NCBI GenBank assembly: GCA_964016885.1
Contig: OZ024752.1
Location: 4,526,001-4,590,000 of the forward strand
DNA from: Eledone cirrhosa
Lineage: Eukaryota
Length of the DNA: 64,000 bases
Direction of reading: 5' to 3'
In this document: positions 1 through 12,046 of the stretch, piece by piece
Layout of the letters: each line of letters starts with the position of its first letter
How positions within the stretch are numbered: the first letter of the stretch is position 1
Made by a program: the position numbers and the translations under genes
The notes under the pieces: generated by a model
Told to the model about the DNA's origin: nothing
Database searches by the model: none
What the model saw: the letters and a program-made list of their open reading frames with translations, nothing else

Positions 1-281
1 TTGAACATATTGATCCAAGTGGGCCTGCCTTAAGTATATGTATGGAATGGGACACTAGCACTAAGGGTCATGGTGACCATAGCTTTTTGAGGGCTTTCTC
101 CATGAGTAACGTTCGGTCTACCCATTTTTAGTGAATTTATGTTAGATTCTTTTCAATGTTTATTTTCTTAGTTTCTGTTATAAATTTTATTTTACACAAA
201 AAACCCTACACTGTACCATTCTGTTCTGTATTTAATGTTTTCTTAATGTGAACCCTGTGAGGCTAATAAAGAAATCATTAT
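1..281 (+). mobile_element. 3' end of Tx1/L1-like non-LTR element
   Basis: Ends in CCCTGTGAGGCTAATAAAGAAAT, similar to the tail of the Tx1-like copy at 18010-19140 (CCCTTGTGGCTAATAAAGAAAT). Confidence 0.5.
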
Positions 282-344
282 ATGAACCGTCTAACCCATG
301 CTAGTGTGGAAGATGGACGTTAAATGATGATGATGATGATGAAC

Positions 345-1080
345 ATAACAGTTATCTATACGCATGCATACCATTATACTATATTTTATGTGTTATATAT
401 ATATACCATTATAGTTATATACATACCATTATACTATATTTTATGTGTTATATATACATACCATTATAGTTATATACATACCATTATACTATATTTTATG
501 TGTTATATATACATACCATTATACTATATTTTATGTGTTATATATACATACCATTATAGTTATATACATACCATTATACTATATTTTATGTGTTATATAT
601 ATATACCATTATACTATATTTTATGATAGTTATATATATATTCCAGCATAGTTACGTCCCTTTACGATCTGAGTTCAAATCCCGCTGAGGTTGACTTTGC
701 CTTTCATCCTTACGGGGTCAATAAAATAAAGTACCAGTAATGCACTGGGTGATTGCTGGCCTTGTGCCTAAAGTAGAAACAATTATAGTTATATACATAC
801 CATTATACTATATTTTATGAGTTATATATATATACCATTATAGTTATATACATACCATTATACTATATTTTATGAGTTATATATATATACCATTATAGTT
901 ATATACATACCATTATACTATATTTTATGAGTTATATACATGCATACCATTAATCCATTATAGTTATATCATTATATGATAGTTATATACATACCATTAT
1001 ACTATATTTTATGATAGTTATATATACCATTATAGTTATATACATGTCTGCCATTATACTATATTATATGATGGTTATAT
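345..1080. repeat. AT-rich compound minisatellite (ATACCATTATACTATATTTTATG / ATACCATTATAGTTATAT) interrupted by a SINE
   Basis: Tandem units visible directly; explains ORFs 324..626 and 445..651. Confidence 0.9.
643..787 (+). mobile_element. SINE family A, 5'-truncated
   Basis: B-box-like GAGTTCAAATCCC, central CTTTCATCCTTACGGGGTCAATAAAATAAAGTACCAG, tail GGCCTTGTGCCTAAAGTAGAAAC; more than 10 copies in window. Confidence 0.85.
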
Positions 1081-1134
1081 AACAAACATGCATATACTGA
1101 TAACTAAAATGCAATTATTTTTTTTATCTTGTAG

Positions 1135-1262
1135 GTATCAGTCAGATTTTGAAGTAACTATCCTGGAGACCCCCCCTTGCAACCAATGAGGAAAAATGCG
1201 TACCAGCACATGGCTTTTATGTGGGAGTATTATGATTGGCTTATTCGTCCAGATTAGCTCAG
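1135..1262 (+). CDS. Probable exon of an unidentified gene; possible signal-peptide or TM segment MRTSTWLLCGSIMIGLFVQISS (ATG 1196, phase-1 donor)
   Basis: Strong acceptor ttttttttatcttgtag|G, consensus donor CAG|gtaagt, unique sequence between repeats; reading frame ambiguous. Confidence 0.55.
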
Positions 1263-1373
1263 GTAAGTCTTGAAATTTAATCTCCCTCATTCACCCTCTG
1301 TTTCTTTAATCTGTGATATGAAATAATGCACTCCTATTTATTTGATCAGTTCATCAAGAACACGTTTTCAGGG

Positions 1374-1552
1374 CCATTTTCTCCACTAATGGAACAGTTG
1401 GCCTTGGGACCTTTCTGAGGCTTAGCTCAGCTGAGCCACTTTCTCCACTAATGGAGCATTTAGCCGTGAGACCCTTCTGAGGCTTAGCTCAACAGCCATT
1501 TTCTCCACTAATAAAACAGTTAGCTTTGAGACCCTTCTGAGGCTTAGCTTAG
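1374..1552. repeat. Diverged ~59-bp tandem repeat x3
   Basis: CCATTTTCTCCACTAAT...CTTCTGAGGCTTAGCT repeated three times. Confidence 0.8.
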
Positions 1553-2140
1553 GTAACCCCTTTTTTTTTCTTTTAGTTTTTCAATCATGAGAATGTACAC
1601 TTTCCACAATGTACCTTACAATATTTCAAAACTCCTCATGGAAACCCTAAATTATATTTTCAATCAGATTACCCATGATCATAATATATCCACTGAACTC
1701 ATAATTCACCCGAACCCACAACTCATCTGCTATGTTTTCTTTTTTTAATTATGTATAGTCACTGATACATTTTCATTGGGATCTCACATTCTTTGCATAG
1801 AGTTAACAAAAAAAAAGAAAAAGAATCAGCGTGGAGCGATCATGATCATCCCATAATTTTCCATATATGGAGTAGAACATTCCACGGTAGAAGCACGTAG
1901 TTGTGGAGCAAACTTTTTAACTACACAGCCTACACTAGTTAATGAAATATTACAGTACTGGTCAGTATTGGTCAGGGCCAGACTTTCTTTATGTATATAT
2001 ATATATATATATGTGTGTGTGTATGTATGTATACATAGCGAAAGAGAGAGAGAAAGGTTTAGTATTAAAGAATAAAAACTAATTTTTAAAATAAAAATCT
2101 ATTCTTTAAAATGCAGCCCTAAGCTATATCGTATTTAGTT

Positions 2141-2272
2141 TATAGGTAAGTCCATCACTGTTCATAATTAGGGGAATGAAGGAGTATAGGTAAGTCCATC
2201 ACTGTTCATAATTAGGGGAATGAAGGAGTATAGGTAAGTCCATCACTGTTCATAATTAGGGGAATGAGGGAG
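2141..2272. repeat. 44-bp tandem repeat x3
   Basis: TATAGGTAAGTCCATCACTGTTCATAATTAGGGGAATGAAGGAG repeated three times. Confidence 0.9.
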
Positions 2273-2321
2273 TCTTGAGCAAACAACATTTTACAAGATT
2301 ATCATTATTTAACCCAAAGTA

Positions 2322-2540
2322 GGGCGGTGAATTGGCAGTATTGGTAGAGGGTCGGACGCCATGCTTTGCAGCATAGAGTTGCGGCCCTTTATGATCTGAG
2401 TTTGAATCCTGCTGAGGTTAACTTTGCCTTACATCCTTATAGGGTCAATAAAATAAAGTACCAGTCATGTACTGGGGTTGATTTAATCGACTTTCCTCTC
2501 CACCAAAATTGCTGGCCTTGTGCCTATATAAGAAACTATT
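2322..2540 (+). mobile_element. SINE family A, near full length
   Basis: tRNA-like head TTGGCAGTATTGGTAGAG...GAGTTTGAATCC plus family central domain and tail. Confidence 0.85.
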
Positions 2541-2881
2541 ATTTAACCCAAAGTCTTCCCAGATTAAGTAGACTTACAATCAAATCCCCTCCAGCCATGA
2601 CTATCATATCTTATCTTTTCTAGTCACAGTATATCTAGGACTATATTAATACATGTTGACATGTATATGTGTATACATTTATATGTATGAGTATATAAAT
2701 ATAAACACGCAGCCACAGACACACTTACAAAAATACACACTCACAGACATACATTCATACAAATACACATACATTCACACACACACACACACATATGCAC
2801 ATATACTCACACACAGTATAGCAAATGGGACGCCAGCAGCTGTTTTGCTATAGTTTTTTCACCATCCCCTTCCTTCTTTTT

Positions 2882-3288
2882 ACACACACATACATTCACA
2901 CAAACACACACACACACACACATACATTCACACAAACACACATACATTCACACAAACACACACACACACACACACACATACATTCACACAAACACACATA
3001 CATTCACACACACACACATACATTCACACAAACACACACACACACACACATACATTCAGACACACACACGCACATTCAGACACACACACACACACACACA
3101 CATACATCCACACAAACACACACACATTCAGACACACACACACACACACATACATCCACACAAACACACACACACACATACATTCAGACACACACACACA
3201 CACACATACATCCACACAAACACACACACACACATACATTCACACAAACACACACACACACATACATTCACACAAACACACACACACA
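2882..3288. repeat. (CA)n-based compound microsatellite
   Basis: CACATACATTCACACAAA-(CA)n units. Confidence 0.9.
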
Positions 3289-3470
3289 GTGTGATGGACA
3301 GATGGAAGTCACTCAAACTTGTATATAGATGTCATTCCTTTTGTATAAGAAGATTGATTTTTGTGAATGACTTAGCTGCTATTTCTAACAGGTGAAGTAA
3401 TTGTATAGATAGTTCCTCGTTAGTTCATGCTGGAACAATTAATCTATTATTGTTAATCAATATCTTAGTA

Positions 3471-3997
3471 ACCGTTACCCTACCACCCCCACCATTACCC
3501 TACCACCCCCACCATTACCCTACCACCCCCACCATTACCCTACCACCCCCACCATTACCCTACCACCCCCACCATTACCCTACCACCCCCACCATTACCC
3601 TACCACCCCCACCATTACCCTACCACCCCCACCGTTACCCTACCACCCCCACCGTTACCCTACCGCCCCCACCATTACCCTACCACCCTCACCGTTACCC
3701 TACCACCCCCACCATTACCCTACCGCCCCCACCATTACCCTACCACCCCCACCGTTACCCTACCACCCCCACCGTTACCCTACCACCCCCACCATTACCC
3801 TACCACCCCCACCATTACCCTACCACCTCCACCATTACCCTACCACCCCCACCGTTACCCTACCACCCCCACCGTTACCCTACCACGCCCACCGTTACCC
3901 TACCACCCCCACCGTTACCCTACCACGCCCACCGTTACCCTAACACCCCCACCATTACCCTACCACCCCCACCGTTACCCTACCACCCCCACCATTA
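3471..3997. repeat. 20-bp minisatellite ACCRTTACCCTACCACCCCC, ~26 copies
   Basis: Direct tandem; G-rich on the minus strand. Confidence 0.95.
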
Positions 3998-4502
3998 GAA
4001 AGTGCTTTCCATGCATTATATTACCTATAATTGCATTATCTAATATGTCCTTGATTTTTAAGATGGTAGAATTCAATGAAGGGCTTCTGTTTTTAACAAG
4101 TCAACCATGTTGAAACTGACTCCCTTTTGTCTCTACAACTACATACACACATACAAGCATGCATGTGTGTATACATACACACACACACACATATACACAT
4201 ACATCCCAACTAGATCTAAATACAATAATTATGTTGCCTGCACTTAGCTAAATCGTAATTCTGCTCCCTCTCTCTATCACGCTCCCCCTCCCTCTTTATC
4301 ACACCCTCCCTCTCTCTTTATCACACACACTCTCTCTCTCTCTTTATCACACACACTCTCTCTCTCTCTCTTTATCACACTCTCCCTCTGTCCCATGCTC
4401 TCTCTCCCCCCCTCCCTCTAACTCTATTAGTAGTAGACAATAGCTAACTGATAAATATTGACTACATCATTTTTTTCAACCATGTATATATATGCTATGC
4501 TG

Positions 4503-5180
4503 TCATCATCATCATCATCATCATCAACATCATCATCGTTTAACGTCCATCTTCCACGCTTGCATGGGTTTGGACGGGAATTTTCCCACTTGAGGCAAGA
4601 TTGGTTGTCTCGCTCATATAGGACTGTCTGGCAGGTTTTCTATGGTTGGATGCCCTTCCTAACACCAACCACGTTTACAGTGTGGACTGGGAGGTTTTTA
4701 CCGTGTTACCTACACGGCCACATTAGAGCATGGACTGTGTTTTTTTTTGTCGTGACACCTACACGACCTCATTTGTTTCGGACTGGATGTTGTGGTACCA
4801 ACATAACTTTACATTGGAAGGGGTGGTGTGGGTGGGGGTAGTGGGACGGGTGTGTATTTTTGTTTGAGGTGCCTACTGACTGTAGGTTTCGCTTTGTACT
4901 TAGGCAAGGCGGGTCTTCTGTATTACTGTGTAGCGCCAAAGATCTCGGTCCAGTGACATTGTGTTGGAGAGATGTAAGTGTGTGAGGTCGGAATTTATCA
5001 AGTCGTCCCAGGTTTTTCTGGGTCTGCCTACTCCGTGGCTACCGTCTATTTTTATTGCCCTGCACTTTTTTATACAGCTGCCGTCTTTCATGCGCATCAC
5101 GTGACCGTACCAACGTAGTCTTCTCTTGAGTAAACAGCATCTGATCCCTCTTATTCCTAATTTCTCCCTTAGTTCGTCTT
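4503..5180 (-). mobile_element. RTE-clade LINE 3' fragment with (GAT)n tail
   Basis: Minus strand encodes RRLRWYGHVMRMKDGSCIKKC...GVGRPRKTWDD, typical of the RTE ORF C-terminus, followed by 3'UTR and GGACGTTAAACGATGATGATG tail. Confidence 0.85.
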
Positions 5181-5617
5181 TAGTTTATTCATGATTACTG
5201 CTAGATACAATCTGAAGATTAATTCTGTCACTGTGTATGAACAGTGACAGAATTTCCACCAACAATGCTAATGCTTGTTATGAATTATCAATACTTAGCT
5301 TTTAATATTGTGCAACAAATCATTTTATTCTCGTTTGTCACATAATATCATATATCTCTGAGATCATTTTACTTGTCCCATATCAAGTGCATTTATCACA
5401 TTTGATAACCTATAAAAGCAACAACACTCAAGACCACCATTAATATTTAATATATCATTAATATTTCAATTTTCTTTCATGATATCCCTTAACTATTTGG
5501 GTTTTTTTCCTTCTCTTAGATTTTCTTTATTAACCCTTTCATTACCATATTTATAATATACACAACCTACTTTTTCAAATGATTTTTAAAAATAATCAAG
5601 AATTATCAAACTGCTAT

Positions 5618-6165
5618 TTAACCCTTTAGCATTTACATTACTTTATATATACTATTGTATTTTCATGGTAAAGGCTTTACCTCACATAATATCTCACATA
5701 CCATTTACATTACTCTATATTTACTATTGTATTTTCATGGTAAAGGCTTTACCTTACATAATATCTCACATAACATTTATATTACTCTATATATACTATT
5801 GTATTTTCATGGTAAAAGCTTTACCTCACATAATATCTCGCATAACATTTACATTACTCTATATTTACTATTGTATTTTCATGGTAAAGGCTTTATCTCA
5901 CATAATATCTCACATACCATTTACATTACTCTATATTTACTATTGTATTTTCATGGTAAAGGCTTTACCTCACATAATATCTCACATACCATTTACATTA
6001 CTCTATATTTACTATTGTATTTTCATGGTAAAGGCTTTACCTCACATAATATCGAATCCATGAAATTTTGATATTATTTATGCGGGGCCAGTAACAGCCG
6101 GTTTGAACAGAAAGAGGTGAGAGAATTCTGGCCATATACGACCGGTTTAAATGCTAAAGAGTTAA
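5618..6165 (+). mobile_element. piggyBac-type MITE (TTAA TSD) with internal 72-bp tandem expansion x6
   Basis: TTAA-CCCTTTAGCATTTA ... TAAATGCTAAAGAG-TTAA; other copies of the family are only ~215 bp. Confidence 0.8.
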
Positions 6166-6334
6166 CAATTTCATTACTATATTTATAATATATACAGCCT
6201 ACCTTTTCAATTGATTTTTGAAAATAATCAAGAATTATCAAACTGGAATTAAGAACATAATTTTAAAAAGGTTCTTATATAAAATTATGATGGAAAGTTT
6301 TGTGGATGAATGGAGGAATATAAGTATTTTAAAA

Positions 6335-6756
6335 CAAATAATTCCCTGAGCATGGATACATTAAAGTTCCGACATCTGGCAACTGACTTGCTCGACACCC
6401 ACAAAATTATTAACCATCTTTCCAGCAACAACCCTGGCCACCTTTTTGAATTCCATGTGTCTAACACCTGTGGTCATGCTTACAAAATCAGAAAACAGCA
6501 CGTGAAACAAACTACCTGCATCAGTTGATAGCTGTCGGGACACTGCATCCTTCGAAACTATCATGCTTCTCGAAATTCACCAACACTACACCTGATATCC
6601 CCTCACCATACACATGCACAGATGTATCTGTGTGTATATCATGACTCATACACTGTTCAATTTCCTGACATTTGTATATTATTCTATGTATATACATGCA
6701 CTTTTGATGAGTTGTAGTGCACCTGAGCACTGTACACAATAATTCTCATTATTATA
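6335..6756 (+). mobile_element. CR1/L2-like LINE 3' fragment
   Basis: SLSMDTLKFRHLATDLLDTHKIINHL...TCGHAYKIRKQH; 3'UTR homologous to 22715-23072; (ATT)n tail. Confidence 0.75.
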
Positions 6757-6769
6757 ATTCAGTATCAAG

Positions 6770-6963
6770 GGCAGTGGATTGGCAGTATCGGTAGAGGGTT
6801 GGACGCCATGCTTTCTAGCATAGTTACGTCCCTTTACAGTCTGAGTTCAAATCCTGCCGAGGTTAACTTTGCCTTTCAACCTTATGGGGGTCGATAAAAT
6901 AAAGTACCAGTAATGCACTGAGTAATTGCTGGCCTTGTGCCTAAAGTAGAAACAATTATTATA
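6770..6963 (+). mobile_element. SINE family A
   Basis: Full head, central domain and tail of family A. Confidence 0.85.
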
Positions 6964-7137
6964 ACTCAGCATCATAGAATTAGGAGCAGTTTCAAGCAGT
7001 TTGGTATCTTTTTTTTTACCATTTAGTCACGGAAAGAAGGATGGCATAATCCTCATACCAAAGACCTGCTTAGAACCAGGAGCAGTTTCAGATGGTTTGG
7101 TATCAAAAATGTTAATGGACCGATCTGAAATAATCTA

Positions 7138-7233
7138 CAGAGCGTCTAAAAAAAAATGTATACAAACTTTAATAGCATTTTAATAAATATTGCCTGTACA
7201 GGTAATCAAAGTTTGTATACATGGGGCACCCTG
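7138..7233. mobile_element. Tiny Tc1/mariner-type MITE
   Basis: TA-CAG...ATGTATACAAACTTT / AAAGTTTGTATACAT...CTG-TA; related to 32206-32282. Confidence 0.6.
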
Positions 7234-7730
7234 TATATACTTTTAGTAACTCTCCTTAACTAACCAACCAAATTGACTGCCATTGGTTTGGGCTGTTTCT
7301 TTTTCAGCTCAGTGTATAGCTAATTTTATTCAGTCTTACAAGTATTTTATATCAAAACATAAGAAAAAATATTAATAAATGCTGAATAATTGACATTTTC
7401 TTTTGATTGTCTTGATTTTTTAAAATATTGATTTGACTAGTTGGAGGGAGTCATGTATTGTCAAAGCAGGGACCTTGCCAGATGACAGGGAAAGTTGACC
7501 ATGTCAGTATTTGGTGTCAGAACACAAGTCAGAATATATACTATGGTATCCAACATTCTAATGATTCTGCTGATTTACCATTTGAATATTGAATAATCAT
7601 TAGTCAATATTATAAACTGAAGAGTCCATATAGGAGATCAATAAGTTCAATGGCAGTGAAGAGGAAAGAATCTATCATTTGGTTATAAGATCAAATTTTG
7701 GTATTAGGCAGTGTCTCTTGAGCAAAACAC

Positions 7731-7947
7731 TTAACCCTTTAGCATTACATTACTCTGTATTTGCTATTATATTTTCATGGTAAAGGCTTTATTTTACATA
7801 ATTACCTCACATAATATAGAACCTACAAGATTTTGATGTTATTTATTTTGAGAACATAAATATGATCAGCCGGTTATGGTTGGTTTGAACAGAAAGAGGT
7901 GAGGGAATTCTGGCTGGGTATGGTCAGTTTAATTACCAAAGGGTTAA
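7731..7947 (+). mobile_element. piggyBac-type MITE
   Basis: TTAA-CCCTTTAGCATT ... AAAGGG-TTAA. Confidence 0.8.
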
Positions 7948-8003
7948 ACCTGCTTATTCCAATTTTGCTAAATGACATGAAACTATACTCACACCTGCAG
8001 GAA

Positions 8004-8808
8004 GCCAATGGTGGTGACTAGGAAGGTGGTCCTAGGGTCAAGGACACCAGAAGTCTCCACCATTACAGGGTGCCGATGGTGGTGACTAGGAAGGTGGTCC
8101 TAGGGTCAAGGACACCAGAAGTCTCCACCATTACAGGGTGCCAATGGTGGTGAGTAGGAAGGTGGTCCTAGGGTCAAGGACACCAGAAGTCTCCACCACT
8201 ACAGGGTGCCGATGGTGGTGACTAGGAAGGTGGTCCTAGGGTCAAGGACACCAGAAGTCTCCACCACTACGGGGTGCCGATGGTGGTGACTAGGAAGGTG
8301 GTCCTAGGGTCAAGGACACCAGAAGTCTCCACCACTACGGGGTGCCAATGGTGGTGACTAGGAAGGTGGTCCTAGGGTCAAGGACACCAGAAGTCTCCAC
8401 CATTACAGGGTGCCAATGGTGGTGACTAGGAAGGTGGTCCTAGGGTCAAGGACACCAGAAGTCTCCACCATTACAGGGTGCCGATGGTGGTGACTAGGAA
8501 GGTGGTCCTAGGGTCAAGGACACCAGAAGTCTCCACCACTACGGGGTGCCGATGGTGGTGACTAGGAAGGTGGTCCTAGGGTCAAGGACACCAGAAGTCT
8601 CCACCACTACGGGGTGCCAATGGTGGTGACTAGGAAGGTGGTCCTAGGGTCAAGGACACCAGAAGTCTCCACCATTACAGGGTGCCGATGGTGGTGACTA
8701 GGAAGGTGGTCCTAGGGTCAAGGACACCAGAAGTCTCCACCATTACAGGGTGCCGATGGTGGTGACTAGGAAGGTGGTCCTAGGGTCAAGGACACCAGAA
8801 GTCTCCAC
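8004..8808. repeat. 68-bp minisatellite, ~12 copies, derived from a retrotransposon RLE domain
   Basis: Unit GCCRATGGTGGTGACTAGGAAGGTGGTCCTAGGGTCAAGGACACCAGAAGTCTCCACCAYTACRGGGT. Confidence 0.95.
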
Positions 8809-8950
8809 TGCCATAGGCTCGGCTGCAAACCCGTTGGAGGGTAACTGATATTTGGAGAATTTACCCTCCTCGGCCCGAAGTGCAGCAGAGCCTGGATTCG
8901 TTGCAGACTGCACCAGGTTGCCATAGTCAAGTAGTTGTAGAAATATTCTC
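8750..8950 (-). mobile_element. Restriction-like endonuclease remnant of a CRE/R2-group non-LTR element
   Basis: Minus strand reads QSATNPGSAALRAEEGKFSKYQLPSNGFAAEPMAVETSGVLDPRTTFLVTTIG, matching the AA..AE..K..KY......P.AVET.G pattern of RLE domains. Confidence 0.7.
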
Positions 8951-11116
8951 CTGCTTTATAAAACAGTTGCTAGAACAGCATGGGAGAGCCTCCTGCTCCC
9001 AATAATATCAAGAACGTCTTGCTAATGCTGGTTCATGTTGTATGGGGTATCGGGAGTTAATTGTGAATGTATTTAGCTTTTTATCCGTGAGATAATTGTT
9101 TTAGTAATCTAAAACAGGGATAAGCAATATAAATTGATATTCACAACAGATCATGTGTTTATGAAAACAGAAAAGGAAGAGAAAGGCAAGGGCTCTAGTG
9201 TCACAGAAGAAAGAGAGGGGGAGGGTGATGGGCTCTAAGCCTAGAGCATGGTGATATTGGGACTGCGGACAAGACCACAAAAGCATTCCTATGGACAATG
9301 GTTGGTGACACCTGCTGCACCAGTCATCCCACCTCTTGCTAATTAGCAGCACGGTTTGAAGGAATCAGTATCTCGTCATCATCATAACCATTTAACGTCC
9401 ACTTTCCATGCTAGCATGAGTTAGACAGGTTGTCCCTAGATTTCTACAGCTGGATGCCCTTCCAAATGCCAACCACATTTACAGTGTATACTGGGTGCTT
9501 TTTGTTGTAACACCTAAACTGGCTAAATATTAATAACTAGTTGAGAATTAGTAGTGGGACAATAAGATATTGGTAGATAGCTAGCTTGGTTAGTAGATCT
9601 AACAACTATCAGGAAATGTGACCTAGTTGGAAATTCCCTTGAAGGAATTGTTAGAATTCTTCTTACAAAGTTACTTGTAATAAAGGGTAGATATTTCTCT
9701 CAACCACTTCACTCAACTGAAAGGTCAAGCACCATGCTCTATGAAGACCTCTTGTGGCTGATATAACAGATTACATTTTGTTTTTTTGTTTTTCGTCTTT
9801 TTAGATTATCAATATAACCGTTAATATTTCAATACTAATTTAATATTTGAAAAGAAGAAAAAAATGGTCGAAAATGAAAAATGCAAACAAATATAATTCT
9901 AATGTTACACCAAAACTACATGTGAAGCTCTTGTGTCAGAAGATAATGCTCCACCCAGCCCATTGAAAAGGAAACATTTATTTCCCTGGCAGCATGTTTT
10001 ATGGCGCTATATTCTTCCAAAAAGAAAAAAGAAAAAGTAAAACGGTATAGCTTCCATTAGTTTAAAAATTGGCCATTTTATCAATGAATTTTATCATTAT
10101 TTCACTTTTTATTTTCTCTTTGTTTTTTTAAATATATTCTTTATACTTAATAGGACATTTCCACCACTCTTTTTTTCTGACAGCCATTAAAAATATTCTT
10201 TTTAAGATTTATTTTAAGAGAAGAAACCAAGAGTTGAGTTTAAAAAAAACAAAACAACAGCAACAAAAACTGAATAAAAATAAGTGATGGTGGTGGTGTT
10301 GGGTGACAGTGGTGGTGGTGATGATGGCAGTGGTGACATGTACGATGGTAGGGAGGTGGTAGCGGTGGGGATGTAACAAAACAAAAACCTTGTGGAAAGG
10401 AAAGTGGAAGAGAAAAATCTGAACTTTGTTATTTTTCTCTTTTTTTGCTTCTCTTTAACTTAGAGCTTTCATAGCTAAAAATAAGATAAAATATAAAAAT
10501 CAAGAAAGAAAACCAAAAACAAGAAGATATAGGACACAAAAATAAAAACATAATTATTACTTTTCTTCTTTTTACTGCTATCATAATCATTATTATCATT
10601 ATTGATATTTTTATTGTTTTTTTTTGTCTTCTTAACATTGAAAATTTTTAGAAGCAAGTGTGATGCTGTGGTAAATTTTCTATTGAAATACTTACAGTGC
10701 CTATTGTTAAGCTGACAAAGCAAAAAGTTACATTGATTTCGATCATTAATTATTGATTAAAATCAATATTGCTTATTTCCATATATGAAAAAAATAAAAA
10801 TTCAAAAACCAAAAAAGAAAAAAAAATATTATTCAAAGATGCAAAAGATTAGAAGAATAAGATATCCCCTCCCCCAGAAATAAAATAAAAAAGAAAAGCT
10901 GCAAGATTACCAAGATAGCAATCTTTATTTTTCACTGCAACTCAGACTACAAGAACAATAACAAATATATAGAGAAATATTCCAGTTGCATTTCATGCTA
11001 TAAAATGTATTGTGTGTTAGTTCTCTTGTAAGCAAAGAGATTCTGATTTGTATCCATTTGTATGTATTTTATATGAAGCATGACAAAAATATATGTTGCT
11101 TTTGTTATTGCTGTGG

Positions 11117-11326
11117 TTAAGCCTTTAGTATTTAAACTGTATCCAGCCAGAATTCTCTCACCTCTTTCTGTTCAAATCAACTGTAACCAGATCCTCATAT
11201 TCATGTTTAGGTAAAGTTCTCAAAAGGAATATCAAATTCTCATAGATTTGATATTATGTGAGGTAAAGCTGTTACCGGGGATAATATAACAGTAGATGTA
11301 GAGTAATGTGAATGCTAAAGAATTAA
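11117..11326 (-). mobile_element. piggyBac-type MITE, inverted copy
   Basis: TTAA at both ends; internal sequence is the reverse complement of 11831-12046. Confidence 0.75.
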
Positions 11327-11830
11327 TCCAACCCAAATTAGTAAGTCTTGATCAAGCTCACCTAACATCAGGTATAACTATCTCATTTAAAAAAAATGTA
11401 TATAAGGACTAAACTGGCAAACAACATTCTTTCAATCAACAATAGAGTAGTAAGTTGCTGACTATGCCTTGAGGGAAATCTGACTGCTGTTTTTAGCAGG
11501 CTCCTTGCATTCTGAGTTCAAATCCCACTGATCTCAACTGTGCCTTTCTTTTGTGGTTGATGGATTGTTTGTGAAGGCTAGGCAGAATTACTAAGTTTGT
11601 GGGCAAGATGTTATGCAGTATCTGTTCTGATATCCCATCCAACACTTCAATAATTCCACCAATCCATTGAGGGACTTGGGAACGAACAATTAAAGATTCT
11701 ACAAGATTTTTGTTATGTAATCCAAGGTCTTATAATGAAATATTCTCCAGCTATGACCATCATATTTCATCTTCATCCTGTCATATTGTATCTACAACAA
11801 TATTATTTAATGTCTTTTCTCCATTGTGAT

Positions 11831-12046
11831 TTAACTCTTTAGCATTTACATTACTTTATATTTACTATTGTATTTTCACAGTAAACACTTTATCTCACAT
11901 ACTATCGAATCTACAAAATGTTGATGTTATTTATTTTGAGAACAATATCTTAACATCAGTATGAGTGGCCGGTTTCAGCCAGTTTAAACAGAAAGAGGTG
12001 AGAGAATTTTGGCCAGATATGGCCGGTTTAGATGCTAAAGAGTTAA
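11831..12046 (+). mobile_element. piggyBac-type MITE
   Basis: TTAA-CTCTTTAGCATTTA ... TAGATGCTAAAGAG-TTAA. Confidence 0.8.

Noticed and set aside
3471-3997. Interstitial telomeric repeat
   Set aside because: Unit is a 20-mer without TTAGGG
10660-10702. Possible SECIS element (GTGA...AAA...apical stem)
   Set aside because: Helix II is too short and the 3' GA of the kink-turn quartet is missing
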